The notes: generated from the sequence alone by a model not told the origin. Shown: positions 10,949 to 22,064, numbered from the stretch's first letter. The stretch: 64,000 bases of DNA from Synechococcus sp. (GCA_047284725.1 JBJBEO010000001.1:1688203-1752202), one strand, 5' to 3'. A program made the numbers and translations.

Positions 10949-12049
10949 ATGAGCACGCCCACGGCCGCGGCTGAAGCCGCCCTGGAACGGGGCGATTACG
11001 GCCAGTGCCTGCAGCTGCTCGAACCGTTGGCGGCCGATCAGCCCATCACCGCCCCGGAGGGCGCCCGGATCCGCATGATCATGGTGACGGCCTGGATGGG
11101 GCAAGGTCAGGACGACAAGGCGCTGAGCACCTGTCGCCTGCTCACCCGCTGTCGCGACAGCGACCTACGCCTGCGCGCCAAACAACTTCTCGAGGTGCTG
11201 GAAGCTCCCAGCCTGCAGCGTCCGGCGAGCTGGTCGATGCAACTGCCCCCCATCGACGTGGCGGCACAGATGGGAAACCGCCCCAGGTCGGCTCGCCGCC
11301 GGCGATCGGGACCACCACCGCCGCCACCGCCGCCGACAGGCCCCACGCAAGCGGCCGCTCCAGGGTTTGCCGTTGTGGTGATCGCCGTGCTGGTGGGACT
11401 CACCCTGCTGCTGTCTGGTTGCGGCACCTTGTCGGCAGACATCGCACTGCTGGGCCCCGATCGCATCCAACTGGGCTGGACGAGCGACAGCGGCACCGGA
11501 CAGCTGCTCCCCTGGCAAACCGCCTTCGCCCGGGACCTGCCGGACGGCAGTCGCCCATGGCGATCAAGGCCCCACGGCATCCTGCCTGGGAGCCAACGTT
11601 TTGAAGCCCCAGTGCTGCCTGCGGCAGAGGCCGAACAGCTGCTGCGCGAGACGATGGCCACCGCCGCCCGGTCGACAGGGTTGGACCTGCCGGAACCGAA
11701 GTTGCGGCTGCAGGAACGCAATTGGTTGGTGGGGGTTCAGCAGACCCTCGACCTCGACCTCGACCTCCGGCCTCTGGCTGATCTGCCGATGCCGGAGCTA
11801 AAGGTCAGCGTCCGCCCATCCGTGGCCAGTCGTCGATGGAGCAGCGAACCACGCGACGCCAGCGTTGAAGAGGGCCAACTGGTCTGGCCCCTGAAAACGG
11901 GCGTGCGCAATCGCTTCCAGCTGCGGCGCTGGCATTGGAGCCGCCTGGGCCTTGGATCGGTGGTTGTGGCGTTGTTGCTCGGTCTGACCCTTCTGTTGCA
12001 GCAGGTTCGCCTCCAACTCGGTTTCGGATTTCCCGAGCTGCCGTCGTAA
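10949..12049 (+). CDS. DUF3153-type membrane protein
   Basis: TPR-like N-terminus, Pro linker, LLLSGC, C-terminal TM; lies between argB and priA. Confidence 0.75.
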   Translation: MSTPTAAAEAALERGDYGQCLQLLEPLAADQPITAPEGARIRMIMVTAWMGQGQDDKALSTCRLLTRCRDSDLRLRAKQLLEVLEAPSLQRPASWSMQLPPIDVAAQMGNRPRSARRRRSGPPPPPPPPTGPTQAAAPGFAVVVIAVLVGLTLLLSGCGTLSADIALLGPDRIQLGWTSDSGTGQLLPWQTAFARDLPDGSRPWRSRPHGILPGSQRFEAPVLPAAEAEQLLRETMATAARSTGLDLPEPKLRLQERNWLVGVQQTLDLDLDLRPLADLPMPELKVSVRPSVASRRWSSEPRDASVEEGQLVWPLKTGVRNRFQLRRWHWSRLGLGSVVVALLLGLTLLLQQVRLQLGFGFPELPS

Positions 12050-14314
12050 TCAGAGCTGGAGGGGATCGGGATCCACCGCCAGGGCCACATCGGCTGGCAG
12101 GCCCTCCCACAACGTGGATCCAGGAGGAAGTGGCAAAGCACTGGCCGCGGGGCCGTGCAAGAGCAATTGCCAGCGACTGCGACCGGCCACCCGTGCCACC
12201 GGAGCCGGCGCCGGGCCCAGCAGCCACCAACCGGACGCCGCGCAGAGGGGGCGCAACTGTTCAGCCAGCACACTGGCGGCCGTGGCCGTGGCGGCGGCGG
12301 ACGGTCCCGACAGCCGCAGCAGACAGGCCCGACTGAAGGGCACCAGCGCCGCCTCCCGGCGCAAGGCCACCTCGTCCTCAAGGAAGCGCTCGTAACGACC
12401 ATCCACCAGATGACGGATCACCGGATGATCCGGCGAGTAGGTCTGCACAAGCACCTGGCCTGGCCGCTCCCCCCGACCGGCGCGGCCCGCCAACTGCAGA
12501 AGGAGCTGAAGGCACTGCTCACCCGCACGCAGGTCCGGCCGATGCAGCAGCCCATCCGCCGCCAGGACCGCCGCCAGCGTGACCCGCGGCAGATCCATTC
12601 CCTTGGCAAGCATCTGCGTGCCCACCAGCACGTCAGCCTCACCGGCCGCAAACTGCTCCAGCAACCGCCGGTGTCCATCGCGTCCACCGGTGGTGTCGCG
12701 GTCAAAACGCAGGAGGCGCAGGCCTTCGAGTTCCTCGGAGAGCCTCTCCAGCACCCGCTGGGTCCCTGCACCGAAGGGCTTGAACGCCACAGACCCGCAG
12801 TGGCTGCAGCGCGACGCCACCTCCGCCCGATAATCGCACCAGTGACAGCGCAACCACTGGTGGCCAGCACGGCTGCCATGCACCGTCAGGGCCACATCAC
12901 AGTGGGGGCACTGCACCACCTCGCCGCAGCTGCGGCAGCTGAGGAAACTGCTGTAGCCGCGTCGGGGCACCAGCACCACCGCCTGGTCACCGCTCTCAGG
13001 CAACCGGGCCAGGCGATCCATCAGGGCACGACTGATCAGGCGTTTGTTCCCGTCCGCCAGCTCGAGGCGCATGTCGATCACATGCACCGGCGGCAGCTCC
13101 TGCTGGGAAATGCGCTGGGTCAGGCGAGACAGGGCAAGGGGCCCTGCGGGTGAGAGCTGGGTCCAGGTTTCCAGCGATGGGGTCGCACTGCCGAGCAGGA
13201 CCCTGCCACCCATGCAGCGCACCCGTTCGAGGGCCAGATCGCGGGCGTGGTAGCAGGGCATCGGCGACTCCTGCTTGTAGGAGGTGTCGTGTTCCTCATC
13301 CAGGACGATCAGCCCCAGAGGAGCGAGCGGCAGGAACACCGCCGAGCGCGTGCCGACCACCACCAGAGGTTCTCCCTGCTGACGGGACACCTCCAGACCG
13401 CGCCGCCAGGCGCGCACCCGATCCCGATCACTGCATCCGCTGTGGTACTCCACCACCCGCGCGCCGAAGCGACGACGACAGCGATCCACCAGCTGAGGGA
13501 TCAGACCAATCTCGGGAGTGAGCACCAGCGCATGTCGCCCGGCGTCCAGCTCCTTCGCCACCAGCTGGAGATACACCTCGGTTTTGCCGGAGCCTGTGAT
13601 GCCCCAGAGCAGCATCCCGCCACCGTCGGGCTGACGACTGAACCGTTCCATCACCTGCTGCTGCTCCGCCGTCAGCGCGCGGGCCGCTTCCAACTCCGGA
13701 TGACCTTCAGCTTCGAGCGCAGCCTCGGCGACGGCCCGTTGTTGGCGAAGAATCAAGGTCTTGGCCGCGAGGGCCTGCACCAGATGGGCACCAAATCCCT
13801 CAGCCAGGAGCTGCCGCTGCCAGCAACCGCCACGCTCCAGCAGATAAGCCAGGAGCTGCCGCTGTCGCGTCGGCAGCTCCTGACTGGAAAGACTCACATC
13901 AGCGCCAGGCTCCACCCACCACAACCGGCGCTCAGCGGCAGGAGGGCTTGGGCGCTGACCCAGCCAACCAGGCGGAAGAGCCGCTTTGAGCATCCGAAAG
14001 GGACTGGTATGACAGCGCCTGGCCATGGCATCGAGCCAGTGACGCCAAGCCGAATCCACCGCAGCGGTCTGCACCAGGGCCTGCACCGGCTGGATCCCTG
14101 AATCCAGCGATGCAGCCTCAACCTGTCGACAGGCCACCACCAGCCCCTGCAGGGGGCGCCCCCGCAGTGACACCCGCACCAGATCACCCAGGCCAACACC
14201 AAGCTGGGCACGATCGCAGTAACTGAAGGTCCGCCCATCGCGACCGGCCTCCAGCCACACATCCACCACAGTGATTGTCTCGACTGGCCTCTCGGCCGTC
14301 ACCTTCGCCTCCAT
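12050..14314 (-). CDS. priA: primosomal protein N'
   Basis: GITGSGKT, DEEH, four CxxC, GTQMLAKGMD, GRAGR. Confidence 0.97.
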   Translation of the reverse strand: MEAKVTAERPVETITVVDVWLEAGRDGRTFSYCDRAQLGVGLGDLVRVSLRGRPLQGLVVACRQVEAASLDSGIQPVQALVQTAAVDSAWRHWLDAMARRCHTSPFRMLKAALPPGWLGQRPSPPAAERRLWWVEPGADVSLSSQELPTRQRQLLAYLLERGGCWQRQLLAEGFGAHLVQALAAKTLILRQQRAVAEAALEAEGHPELEAARALTAEQQQVMERFSRQPDGGGMLLWGITGSGKTEVYLQLVAKELDAGRHALVLTPEIGLIPQLVDRCRRRFGARVVEYHSGCSDRDRVRAWRRGLEVSRQQGEPLVVVGTRSAVFLPLAPLGLIVLDEEHDTSYKQESPMPCYHARDLALERVRCMGGRVLLGSATPSLETWTQLSPAGPLALSRLTQRISQQELPPVHVIDMRLELADGNKRLISRALMDRLARLPESGDQAVVLVPRRGYSSFLSCRSCGEVVQCPHCDVALTVHGSRAGHQWLRCHWCDYRAEVASRCSHCGSVAFKPFGAGTQRVLERLSEELEGLRLLRFDRDTTGGRDGHRRLLEQFAAGEADVLVGTQMLAKGMDLPRVTLAAVLAADGLLHRPDLRAGEQCLQLLLQLAGRAGRGERPGQVLVQTYSPDHPVIRHLVDGRYERFLEDEVALRREAALVPFSRACLLRLSGPSAAATATAASVLAEQLRPLCAASGWWLLGPAPAPVARVAGRSRWQLLLHGPAASALPLPPGSTLWEGLPADVALAVDPDPLQL

Positions 14315-14643
14315 CGGTCATCGCGCTGGATGGGTTGCAGCTGTCGCAGGAATTTTTTAAGATACGGATGTTGGACAGCTATCGGCTGTTGTCGGAACCA
14401 CGCAGAGTTCCGTCCAGAGGGAAGACACGCAAGCTCGAGCCCAGGGATTCGTTCCATGTTGGCCGACCGGTCTGAGAAAGCCCCTGACAGCCCTGCATCG
14501 GTCCCAGATTCCAGTCAAACCTTGCTGATTCAGTTGCGTCACCGTCTGACCTCGGTTCCTAAGCACGCCTGAAGTTTGAACGCCATGAGCGGCTGCCAGT
14601 CCGCTGATGTGTTTACCCCTAATTCCGCTGCCCGAACGTCGTT

Positions 14644-16107
14644 ATGAGTCCTGCTGCGAGCAAAACTGCAAAGGCCACGCCAAAAGCCGCTGCCAAAGCA
14701 TCCATCGTGATGCTCGCAGATTCGAATGGAAAGGCGAAGCCGGTGAACCTGGGGGAAGCCAAGCCGGAGACGAAGAGCGCGCCCAAAACCAAGGCCGCCG
14801 GTAAAGCTCGGGCCAGCCGCGCCAAGGCCGCCACGCTTGCTGCCGGCACGGATCTCAAAGCCGCGGCCGACGAATTGCTGGCGGCAGCGGAAGGCAAGAC
14901 AAAAGCCACAAAAACCTCCAAAGCACGGAACACCACCAAAGGCTCGGCGGTCAAAACATCCAAGGTCGGAGACAGCACCGCATCAGCCGAGACCAAGACA
15001 ACAACCGCCAAAGCGGCTGCCTCCAAAACCGGCACCTCCAAGGCAGCTACAGCCAAAGCCACTGAGTCCCAGTCCGCCGGCACCACAGCCAGCACCGACA
15101 AAGAGGCGAAAGACGCAAGAGCCAAGGCCCTGGCCAGCATCAAGGTGGGCCCGAAGGGTGTGTACACCGAAGACTCCATCCGCGTTTATCTGCAGGAAAT
15201 CGGTCGGATCCGGCTGTTGCGTCCGGATGAAGAGATCGAACTGGCCCGCAAAATCGCCGATCTACTGCATCTCGAGGAACTCGCGGCCCAATTCGAGAGC
15301 GACAACGGACGGGAACCCGACAACAAGGAGTGGGCCGCTCTGGTTGAGATGCCGCTGATTCGCTTCCGTCGCCGCCTGATGCTTGGCCGGCGGGCGAAGG
15401 AAAAAATGGTGCAGTCGAACCTGCGCCTGGTGGTTTCGATTGCCAAAAAATATATGAATCGGGGCCTGAGCTTCCAGGACCTGATCCAGGAAGGGAGCCT
15501 CGGCCTGATCCGTGCCGCCGAGAAGTTCGACCACGAGAAGGGCTACAAGTTCTCGACCTACGCCACCTGGTGGATCCGACAGGCGATCACCCGTGCCATC
15601 GCGGACCAATCCCGCACCATCCGCTTGCCGGTGCACCTTTACGAGACCATCTCCCGGATCAAGAAGACCACCAAGGTGCTCTCCCAGGAGTTCGGACGCA
15701 AGCCGACCGAAGAAGAGATCGCTGAATCGATGGAAATGACCATCGAGAAGCTGCGTTTCATCGCCAAGAGTGCGCAACTGCCGATCTCCCTCGAGACCCC
15801 GATCGGCAAAGAAGAGGATTCCCGTCTCGGCGACTTCATCGAAGCCGACATCGAAAATCCCGAACAGGATGTTGCCAAAAACCTCCTGCGTGAGGATCTC
15901 GAAGGAGTGCTGGCCACCCTGAGCCCTCGGGAGCGCGATGTGCTCCGTCTCCGCTACGGCCTTGATGACGGCCGCATGAAGACCCTCGAAGAAATCGGCC
16001 AGATTTTCGATGTGACCCGTGAACGCATCCGCCAGATCGAAGCCAAGGCGTTGCGCAAGCTGCGTCACCCCAACCGCAACGGCGTGCTGAAGGAATACAT
16101 CAAGTGA
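14644..16107 (+). CDS. sigA: principal RNA polymerase sigma factor
   Basis: [46 protein letters not shown]. Confidence 0.97.
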   Translation: MSPAASKTAKATPKAAAKASIVMLADSNGKAKPVNLGEAKPETKSAPKTKAAGKARASRAKAATLAAGTDLKAAADELLAAAEGKTKATKTSKARNTTKGSAVKTSKVGDSTASAETKTTTAKAAASKTGTSKAATAKATESQSAGTTASTDKEAKDARAKALASIKVGPKGVYTEDSIRVYLQEIGRIRLLRPDEEIELARKIADLLHLEELAAQFESDNGREPDNKEWAALVEMPLIRFRRRLMLGRRAKEKMVQSNLRLVVSIAKKYMNRGLSFQDLIQEGSLGLIRAAEKFDHEKGYKFSTYATWWIRQAITRAIADQSRTIRLPVHLYETISRIKKTTKVLSQEFGRKPTEEEIAESMEMTIEKLRFIAKSAQLPISLETPIGKEEDSRLGDFIEADIENPEQDVAKNLLREDLEGVLATLSPRERDVLRLRYGLDDGRMKTLEEIGQIFDVTRERIRQIEAKALRKLRHPNRNGVLKEYIK

Positions 16108-16143
16108 TCACCGCTGGATTGGCGACCACGTGATCGATCCCAT

Positions 16144-16169
16144 AGCCCCTGCCTCTGGCAGGGGCTTTT
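16144..16169 (+). terminator. intrinsic terminator of sigA
   Basis: agcccctgcc-tct-ggcaggggct followed by a T run. Confidence 0.85.
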
Positions 16170-16182
16170 GACTGGTTCTCTG

Positions 16183-16899
16183 TCATTCCCAGTACTGCAG
16201 TGCGTCCTGCAGCAGACCACGGGCTGCACTGGCCTGGCCACCGGCGGCACTGAAACTGATGAGCGCCGCCAGGATGCTCGCTTCCAGCGGCTGCCCCAAG
16301 GCCTGCGCTGCTAGCCAGCGGCCGGCATGGAGCAGAAAAGTCTCGATGCTGGCGAGCATCTGGATACACAGGTCCACCTCGTCGTTGTAGTTGGAACAGA
16401 GGGTCTTGAGGGCCACCGCAAACAGGGTGGCGTCAGCCTCCTCGCTATGGAGCAGGGACCGGGCTTGATGGAGCTGGCGTCTGGCTGCCTTCTGAGCGGC
16501 CAGGATCGGCAACATGCGATGCGCCTGAGGGTCGCCGTCCTTCTGGGAGCGCTGAAAGTGCTTCACCCCGGCCTCCAGCTGCAGCGCCAGCAGCTCTTCA
16601 ATGGCGCGCAAGGCCGAGGCGACCAGATCAAAGCGAGCCGCCCGCTCAATCAGCACCGCCGCCGTCAGGTCGGCGCTTGGCTCCACCGCAGATTGATCGC
16701 ACGCATCCACCAACACACCAGCGGCGTCAAACATCAACCCGATCGTCGACACAGGCAAGACCGGGGCCGATGACGGCTGAGGCAGGGGCGCTGCCTGATC
16801 AGGGACGCCCTGACCTGGTCGCGTGATCCATAAGCGACCGTCAGCGCCCTGGACAAACGCCAGACCGAAAGCACACTCCACAACGGCACCAACCAACAT
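16183..16899 (-). CDS. hypothetical protein
   Basis: 238-aa ORF, no recognised motif. Confidence 0.55.
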   Translation of the reverse strand: MLVGAVVECAFGLAFVQGADGRLWITRPGQGVPDQAAPLPQPSSAPVLPVSTIGLMFDAAGVLVDACDQSAVEPSADLTAAVLIERAARFDLVASALRAIEELLALQLEAGVKHFQRSQKDGDPQAHRMLPILAAQKAARRQLHQARSLLHSEEADATLFAVALKTLCSNYNDEVDLCIQMLASIETFLLHAGRWLAAQALGQPLEASILAALISFSAAGGQASAARGLLQDALQYWE

Positions 16900-16934
16900 C
16901 CCCTCAGGTTGCTCAATCGAGCGGCCCGGGCCAA

Positions 16935-17165
16935 TCAGGCCAGCAGCCCATCCATGCCATGCAACACGTGGGTGACCTGATCAGCATTCACCCAGTGGAT
17001 GCAGCCGTCATCCACATCCGCAATCTGGACGAGGCCGTTCACCCGTGGGAAACGGGCACCCCCATCACAGAACACCACCTGTCCCATCCACCAGTCGCCA
17101 TCGTGATGGAGCGAGGCATCGCCCACCTTGCCCACAATCACAAAATCACCGGAGCGAACTTTCAT
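16935..17165 (-). CDS. DUF3104-family protein
   Basis: DWWMGQV..CDGGAR.P...QIADVDDG.I.WVNAD. Confidence 0.88.
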   Translation of the reverse strand: MKVRSGDFVIVGKVGDASLHHDGDWWMGQVVFCDGGARFPRVNGLVQIADVDDGCIHWVNADQVTHVLHGMDGLLA

Positions 17166-17179
17166 GGTACAGATGTACT
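17166..17179. promoter_or_regulatory. cyanobacterial LexA (SOS) box
   Basis: GGTACAGATGTACT fits RGTACNNNDGTWCB and abuts the DUF3104 start codon. Confidence 0.7.
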
Positions 17180-17252
17180 GAGCCCTGAGTTTTAGCGCTG
17201 TTGAGCTGACCTGTCAGCCGACCTGATCGCACCAAAGCCTTTCGCCATCCCT

Positions 17253-17726
17253 TCAAGCCCCTTCAACACTGTCGGTGAACTCCTGGAACGCACGCTTCAG
17301 CCGCTCCACAGGCGTTTCCGAAGGGGGGCATTCCTGATTCGTCCGCGTGGTGTAGGCCTGAATCAAACGGGCTTCAGGGTCAAGAATCGACGCAACGGCC
17401 CCCTTGAACAGCACAACACTGGTCTGACTGGTCAACCCGGACAGAAACGGCGACAACATCCAGCCGCAGGTGGTGTCATCGGCATCAACAGGCCCCTTGG
17501 GCTGCACTTCGAGGGGACGAAGCAGCTGGTAGGCACGCTCACCGTCGCCATCGGTGGTGTTGCGCAACCGGGCAATCACCAGCTGACCACTGGAGAGCAA
17601 CAGCAATCGGATCGTGCCCTCTGCCAGCAACGGAAGGAAAGCAGCGTCGGATGCCGCCGACGGGGCGGGCGCTGCGGCGGCGGAGGACTGATTGGGCCGA
17701 ACGCCATTCACCACCGGGCCAGGCAT
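17253..17726 (-). CDS. conserved hypothetical protein
   Basis: LAEGTIRLLLLSSG...ETPVERLKRAFQEF; divergent from hemC. Confidence 0.7.
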   Translation of the reverse strand: MPGPVVNGVRPNQSSAAAAPAPSAASDAAFLPLLAEGTIRLLLLSSGQLVIARLRNTTDGDGERAYQLLRPLEVQPKGPVDADDTTCGWMLSPFLSGLTSQTSVVLFKGAVASILDPEARLIQAYTTRTNQECPPSETPVERLKRAFQEFTDSVEGA

Positions 17727-17809
17727 GGGATCGACCTCATCACAACGTATGGCGAATCGTAAAGCTGACGGCGCGACTGCGTAGTCTTGACGGCTGCTAA
17801 TCACTGTTC

Positions 17810-18760
17810 ATGGCCCTCGAGCAACTGCGCATCGCCTCCCGCCGAAGCCAGCTGGCCATGGTGCAGACCAATTGGGTCAAGGCCGAGCTGGAGAAAGCCC
17901 ACCCTGGCGTAGCCATCTCTGTGGAGGCCATGGCCACCCAGGGCGACAAAATCCTGGACGTGGCGCTTGCCAAAATCGGAGACAAGGGCCTCTTCACCAA
18001 GGAGCTCGAAGCTCAGATGCTGGTGGGCCGCGCCGAAATCGCAGTTCACTCCCTCAAGGACCTGCCCACGAACCTGCCCGAAGGCCTGATGCTGGGCTGC
18101 ATCACCGAACGGGAAGATCCGGCTGATGCCCTCGTGGTGAACGCCAAGAACGCCGCCTACCAACTCGACACCCTTCCCAAGGGTTCTGTGGTGGGCACCA
18201 GCTCCCTGCGCCGCCTGGCACAACTGCGCCATCACTATCCCCACCTTGAATTCAAGGACGTGCGCGGCAATGTGATCACCCGCCTCGAGAAGCTCGATGC
18301 CGGCGACTACGACTGCCTGATCCTTGCCGCTGCCGGGCTCACCCGTCTGGGCTTTGGCGATCGCATCCACCAGATCATCCCGGGCGACATCTCCCTGCAT
18401 GCCGTCGGCCAGGGCGCTCTGGGCATCGAATGCGTCGACGGCAACCCCGACGTGCTGGAGATGATCAAGGTGCTGGAACATGGCCCCACAGCCGCCCGCT
18501 GCCTGGCGGAACGCGCCTTCCTGCGCGAGCTCGAGGGCGGTTGCCAGGTGCCCATCGGCGTAAACACCATGATCGAGGGCGACACGCTCACGCTCACCGG
18601 CATGGTGGCCAGCCTCGATGGAAAGCGCCTGATCCGCGATCAGCAGAGCGGCAGCACCGCCGATGCGGAAACCATCGGTAAACAGCTGGCAGACACCCTG
18701 AAGGGTCAGGGCGCTGGCGAGATCCTCAAGGAGATCTTCGACGCCATGCGCCCGCAGTGA
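17810..18760 (+). CDS. hemC: hydroxymethylbilane synthase
   Basis: [40 protein letters not shown]. Confidence 0.98.
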   Translation: MALEQLRIASRRSQLAMVQTNWVKAELEKAHPGVAISVEAMATQGDKILDVALAKIGDKGLFTKELEAQMLVGRAEIAVHSLKDLPTNLPEGLMLGCITEREDPADALVVNAKNAAYQLDTLPKGSVVGTSSLRRLAQLRHHYPHLEFKDVRGNVITRLEKLDAGDYDCLILAAAGLTRLGFGDRIHQIIPGDISLHAVGQGALGIECVDGNPDVLEMIKVLEHGPTAARCLAERAFLRELEGGCQVPIGVNTMIEGDTLTLTGMVASLDGKRLIRDQQSGSTADAETIGKQLADTLKGQGAGEILKEIFDAMRPQ

Positions 18761-18780
18761 TCAGAGGCTGGTCGTCGCCA

Positions 18781-19329
18781 TCAGCGGGTGATCAGCACAG
18801 GGGTCCCCACATCCACCAGCTCGTAGAGCCTCTGCACATGGTCGTTGAGCATGCGCACACAACCGTTTGAAACGGCTGCGCGGATCTTGACCCAGTGAGG
18901 CCATGGCGTCCCATGGATCCCGAACTGATCCTCGCCCCGCTGCAGGAAGCCAATCCAACGGTGGCCAAGGGGGCCCTTGGGTCCAGTCACAGGATTCACC
19001 TTGCCGGATTTGGTGCTCTGATACTGGGGGTTCACCCGCATGTTCTCCACTCGGAAGAGTCCGCTAGGGGTGGGGGTTTTTGGATCACCGATGGCCACAG
19101 GCCAGCGACCCAGACGCTCGCCATTGCGGATCACACTGATATTCCTGCTGCTCAGATCAAGGTGGATTCGCGTTTCCGCCTGAGGGGCCAGGCTGGCGAG
19201 CTGCCGCTCCGGGGTCATGGCTGTTGCAGGTGCCATGGCTGTTGCAGATGCCATCGCCGTTGCACCGGCCGCCACGGCCGCCACCAGGGGGGCGGACGCC
19301 CAAAAAACCGCCACTCGCTTGCTTGCCAT
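18781..19329 (-). CDS. L,D-transpeptidase (YkuD family)
   Basis: VAIG..TP.G.F, GIHGT...SNGCVRM. Confidence 0.9.
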   Translation of the reverse strand: MASKRVAVFWASAPLVAAVAAGATAMASATAMAPATAMTPERQLASLAPQAETRIHLDLSSRNISVIRNGERLGRWPVAIGDPKTPTPSGLFRVENMRVNPQYQSTKSGKVNPVTGPKGPLGHRWIGFLQRGEDQFGIHGTPWPHWVKIRAAVSNGCVRMLNDHVQRLYELVDVGTPVLITR

Positions 19330-19456
19330 CAGACTATTAGGACCCACTGGTCTCAAATTAAATATCGACCAGAGAAAAGGCAGCCCGCAAAGGTTGAAGA
19401 CAAAAGAAAAGCGGGGTTTCCCCCGCTCACAGACTGCAGACCTGAACAGGCCGTCG

Positions 19457-20044
19457 TCAGTCGACCAGCTTGGGATCGATCTCAGCCATGTAGCGAGCTT
19501 CGCAGCTCTTGATGATTTCAACGGCTTTGTCGGTGCCGAAGAAGCCATTGACGCTGCAGGTGCCGGGCTTCTTCAGATCCTTGTAGTGCTCCCAGTAGTA
19601 GGTGGTTTCCTTCTTCCAGTGCTCTCCCAGATCTTCCCAACTCTTGATGTGATCCATGCGCTTGTCATCGGCCAACACCGCGATCACCTTGTCGTCGACC
19701 TCACCACCGTCATCGAAGGTCATGATGCCGATGATGCGGGCTTCGACGATCGAACCGGGGATCAGAGGCTCGGTCACACCGACGATCTCGATATCGAGGG
19801 GGTCGCCATCCTCATCCCAGGTGCGTGGGATGCAGCCGTAGGCAAAGGGGTAAGCCAGGGAGGAATAACCAACGCGATCAAGCTTGAGGTGACCCGTCTC
19901 GGTGATCAGCTCGTATTTGTTGATGGTGTTGGAGTTGAGCTCCACAATGGTGTTCAAGCGCAGCTCCGCCTCATCGGCGAAGGCAGGCAACACGTGCAGC
20001 AGGTTGGGCATGCTGCGGCTCGGAGCCTGGTCGAGATTGGCCAT
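19457..20044 (-). CDS. ppa: inorganic pyrophosphatase (copy 2)
   Basis: NKYEL, YPFAYGCIPRTWDEDGDPLD, DDKVI. Confidence 0.95.
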   Translation of the reverse strand: MANLDQAPSRSMPNLLHVLPAFADEAELRLNTIVELNSNTINKYELITETGHLKLDRVGYSSLAYPFAYGCIPRTWDEDGDPLDIEIVGVTEPLIPGSIVEARIIGIMTFDDGGEVDDKVIAVLADDKRMDHIKSWEDLGEHWKKETTYYWEHYKDLKKPGTCSVNGFFGTDKAVEIIKSCEARYMAEIDPKLVD

Positions 20045-20100
20045 GGGGGGCGATGAACAGCGCCGCGCATCCTACGAGCCACCACTGAGATGGCCTGGCC

Positions 20101-20388
20101 TCAGTCGACCAGCTCCACCCCTTTGCCGCGATAGAAGGCAAAGCGTTCGCAAATGTTGTCCGCTGCGGGCTTCGGGGTGTCGTAGCTCCACACCACATTG
20201 GTGAGCACCCGGCCCTCCACCACCACATCCCAGTAACGGGCCGTGCCCTTCCAGCCGCAGACCGTTGTGAGCGAAGACTCCCTGAAATACTCCATGCGCA
20301 TGGCGTCCCGAGGGAAATAGGGATTGCCATCCACGATCACAATGTCGTCGCTTTCAGCCAGCACAACCGCATCACAGAGGGCTTTCAT
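20101..20388 (-). CDS. DUF427-family protein
   Basis: VLAESD..VDGNPYFP..CGWKGTARYW..WSYDTP. Confidence 0.9.
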   Translation of the reverse strand: MKALCDAVVLAESDDIVIVDGNPYFPRDAMRMEYFRESSLTTVCGWKGTARYWDVVVEGRVLTNVVWSYDTPKPAADNICERFAFYRGKGVELVD

Positions 20389-20556
20389 AGCCTTGCCATC
20401 AGGAGCCCTCACCGTAAGCAGGGCCGTGCCCTGACCGATGGCGGCAACCGAGACAGGAAGGAGAGCACGAAGACGGCAAGCCGCACCGACCGGTGCCACG
20501 AACCGCACGGCAGCCCCATAGGGTTTGATTCGCCTCAGCCTGAAACGGCCAATCGC

Positions 20557-20730
20557 ATGGTGGACCTCTACCTCGCTGCCCGTCTGCATAACCGGATCTC
20601 AGACGCGGACTACAGGTCTCTGCTGCTGAAGCAGGACCTGGACACCCAGGAACAGAAACTGCGGCAAACCCTGCTCCGCCTGGTCGAGGCTGGATCGATT
20701 CGCCTCGAGGCGGCAGTCAGCGCCGCCTGA
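20557..20730 (+). CDS. small hypothetical protein (57 aa)
   Basis: Hand-translated [19 protein letters not shown]...[12 protein letters not shown]. Confidence 0.6.
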   Translation: MVDLYLAARLHNRISDADYRSLLLKQDLDTQEQKLRQTLLRLVEAGSIRLEAAVSAA

Positions 20731-20776
20731 AGGCGCTAGCTGTAGGGGGCATTTCCGACAAGGAGCCTCTGCATCA

Positions 20777-21133
20777 ATGCTGATCACGACCACTCCCAGT
20801 GTTGAAGGCCAGAGCGTGATTCATTACCGAGGTCTGGTGACCGGCGAAGCGATCATCGGTGCCAATATTTTTCGCGACATGCTTGCCAGCATGCGCGACA
20901 TCGTGGGTGGACGCTCGAAGGCTTACGAAGAAGCCCTCGAAAAGGCGCGCCATGCAGCCACCGAAGAAATGATCCGACGTGCCGTGTCGATGAATGCCAA
21001 TGCGGTGCTGGGCGTGGACCTTGATTACGAGGTCTTCGGTGACGGTGGAATGATGCTGGTCTCGGTCAGCGGAACCGCTGTTTTGCTCGATGGACAGATG
21101 CCCAAGCGTGATCTGCCGCCGACGTCCCGTTAA
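20777..21133 (+). CDS. YbjQ/UPF0145 family protein
   Basis: [29 protein letters not shown]. Confidence 0.93.
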   Translation: MLITTTPSVEGQSVIHYRGLVTGEAIIGANIFRDMLASMRDIVGGRSKAYEEALEKARHAATEEMIRRAVSMNANAVLGVDLDYEVFGDGGMMLVSVSGTAVLLDGQMPKRDLPPTSR

Positions 21134-21234
21134 AAACTCTGGGGAAAAAAATAAGCACAATGCCCCAGGGCATCTTCAGGCCGATGGCCCCATCCTTGAG
21201 CCACGGGCATCAGACCTGGCCGGGTTGGGGACAC

Positions 21235-21260
21235 AGTCGAGGGTGAAACCTCGACTTTTT
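21235..21260 (+). terminator. intrinsic terminator
   Basis: agtcgagg-gtgaaa-cctcgact-tttt. Confidence 0.75.
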
Positions 21261-21295
21261 CATGGGCCAGGCCTCTGGGGATCCCGGGTGATCCC

Positions 21296-21634
21296 TCAGC
21301 CGAAGGTGTTGCCGTTCCACCCCCAAGCACTGGCCTTCACATCGTCGAAGCCGACGTAGATGCGATTGGCGGGGATCGCAAGGCGCTCGCTGATCAACGC
21401 GCAGAAGGCCGCCGTCATCGCCGGCGGCTTCAGTGCACCGATCGACTTGACTTCCACGTAGGCACAAGGCTCCGTGGTGCCGGCGAAGGTCATCGGCACG
21501 GCTGTTTCCAGCAGCGTCATCACATAGGCCTCCGGCTTGCCGGTCTGCTGCGCCAGAGTCGCCGACAGCTCCTTGAGCAACCCATCGGCATCCTCCACTC
21601 CGGGCAGGGACGTGCGCACGTTGATCAGGGGCAC
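21296..21634 (-). CDS. MIF/phenylpyruvate tautomerase family protein
   Basis: N-terminal catalytic Pro (MPLINV), GKPEAYV, VKSIG, WGWNGNTF. Confidence 0.92.
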   Translation of the reverse strand: MPLINVRTSLPGVEDADGLLKELSATLAQQTGKPEAYVMTLLETAVPMTFAGTTEPCAYVEVKSIGALKPPAMTAAFCALISERLAIPANRIYVGFDDVKASAWGWNGNTFG

Positions 21635-21833
21635 CGCAGATCAGGCAGGGATGGGCGCATCCTGCCAGGTTTCCAAGTGACAATCGTGAGCACGAACGCA
21701 CACTGCCGATAGGCTTCGATCGATCCGGAAGGAAGCAGGTGTTTCAGCCCAACGACCCCCGCTTCTGGAAAGCGATTCTGGGCGTGGTGTCCCTGACACT
21801 CAGCTGCGCCTTGGCCTGGCTGATGCTTCAGCT

Positions 21834-22064
21834 TTGAGCTCACCGTCTTTCAGTCGCCGATCGTGGCGCAATTTCCTGATCAAGATTGCGCTCTACTGGA
21901 TCGCGGAGTTGGTGATCTGCCGCATCGACGGATCACGGTTGATCTGCAGAGTGATTGCCAAGGGCTTCTGGCCCTGCCTGGCAACCTTTGCCCTGATGGA
22001 TTTTCTGGTGCTGCCGCAACTGGGGCAGCGATTGCGCAACCGCCGTCAGGGTCGAGAGCGCTGA
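21834..22064 (+). CDS. hypothetical membrane protein
   Basis: Hydrophobic ORF, start uncertain. Confidence 0.4.
   Translation: MSSPSFSRRSWRNFLIKIALYWIAELVICRIDGSRLICRVIAKGFWPCLATFALMDFLVLPQLGQRLRNRRQGRER

Noticed and set aside
19216..19265. Three imperfect 18-bp repeats
   Set aside because: Coding repeats (ATAMAS/ATAMAP/ATAMTP) in the transpeptidase N-terminus; not CRISPR
1265..20044. Two pyrophosphatase genes as a novelty
   Set aside because: Two ppa paralogues are a known feature of marine picocyanobacteria
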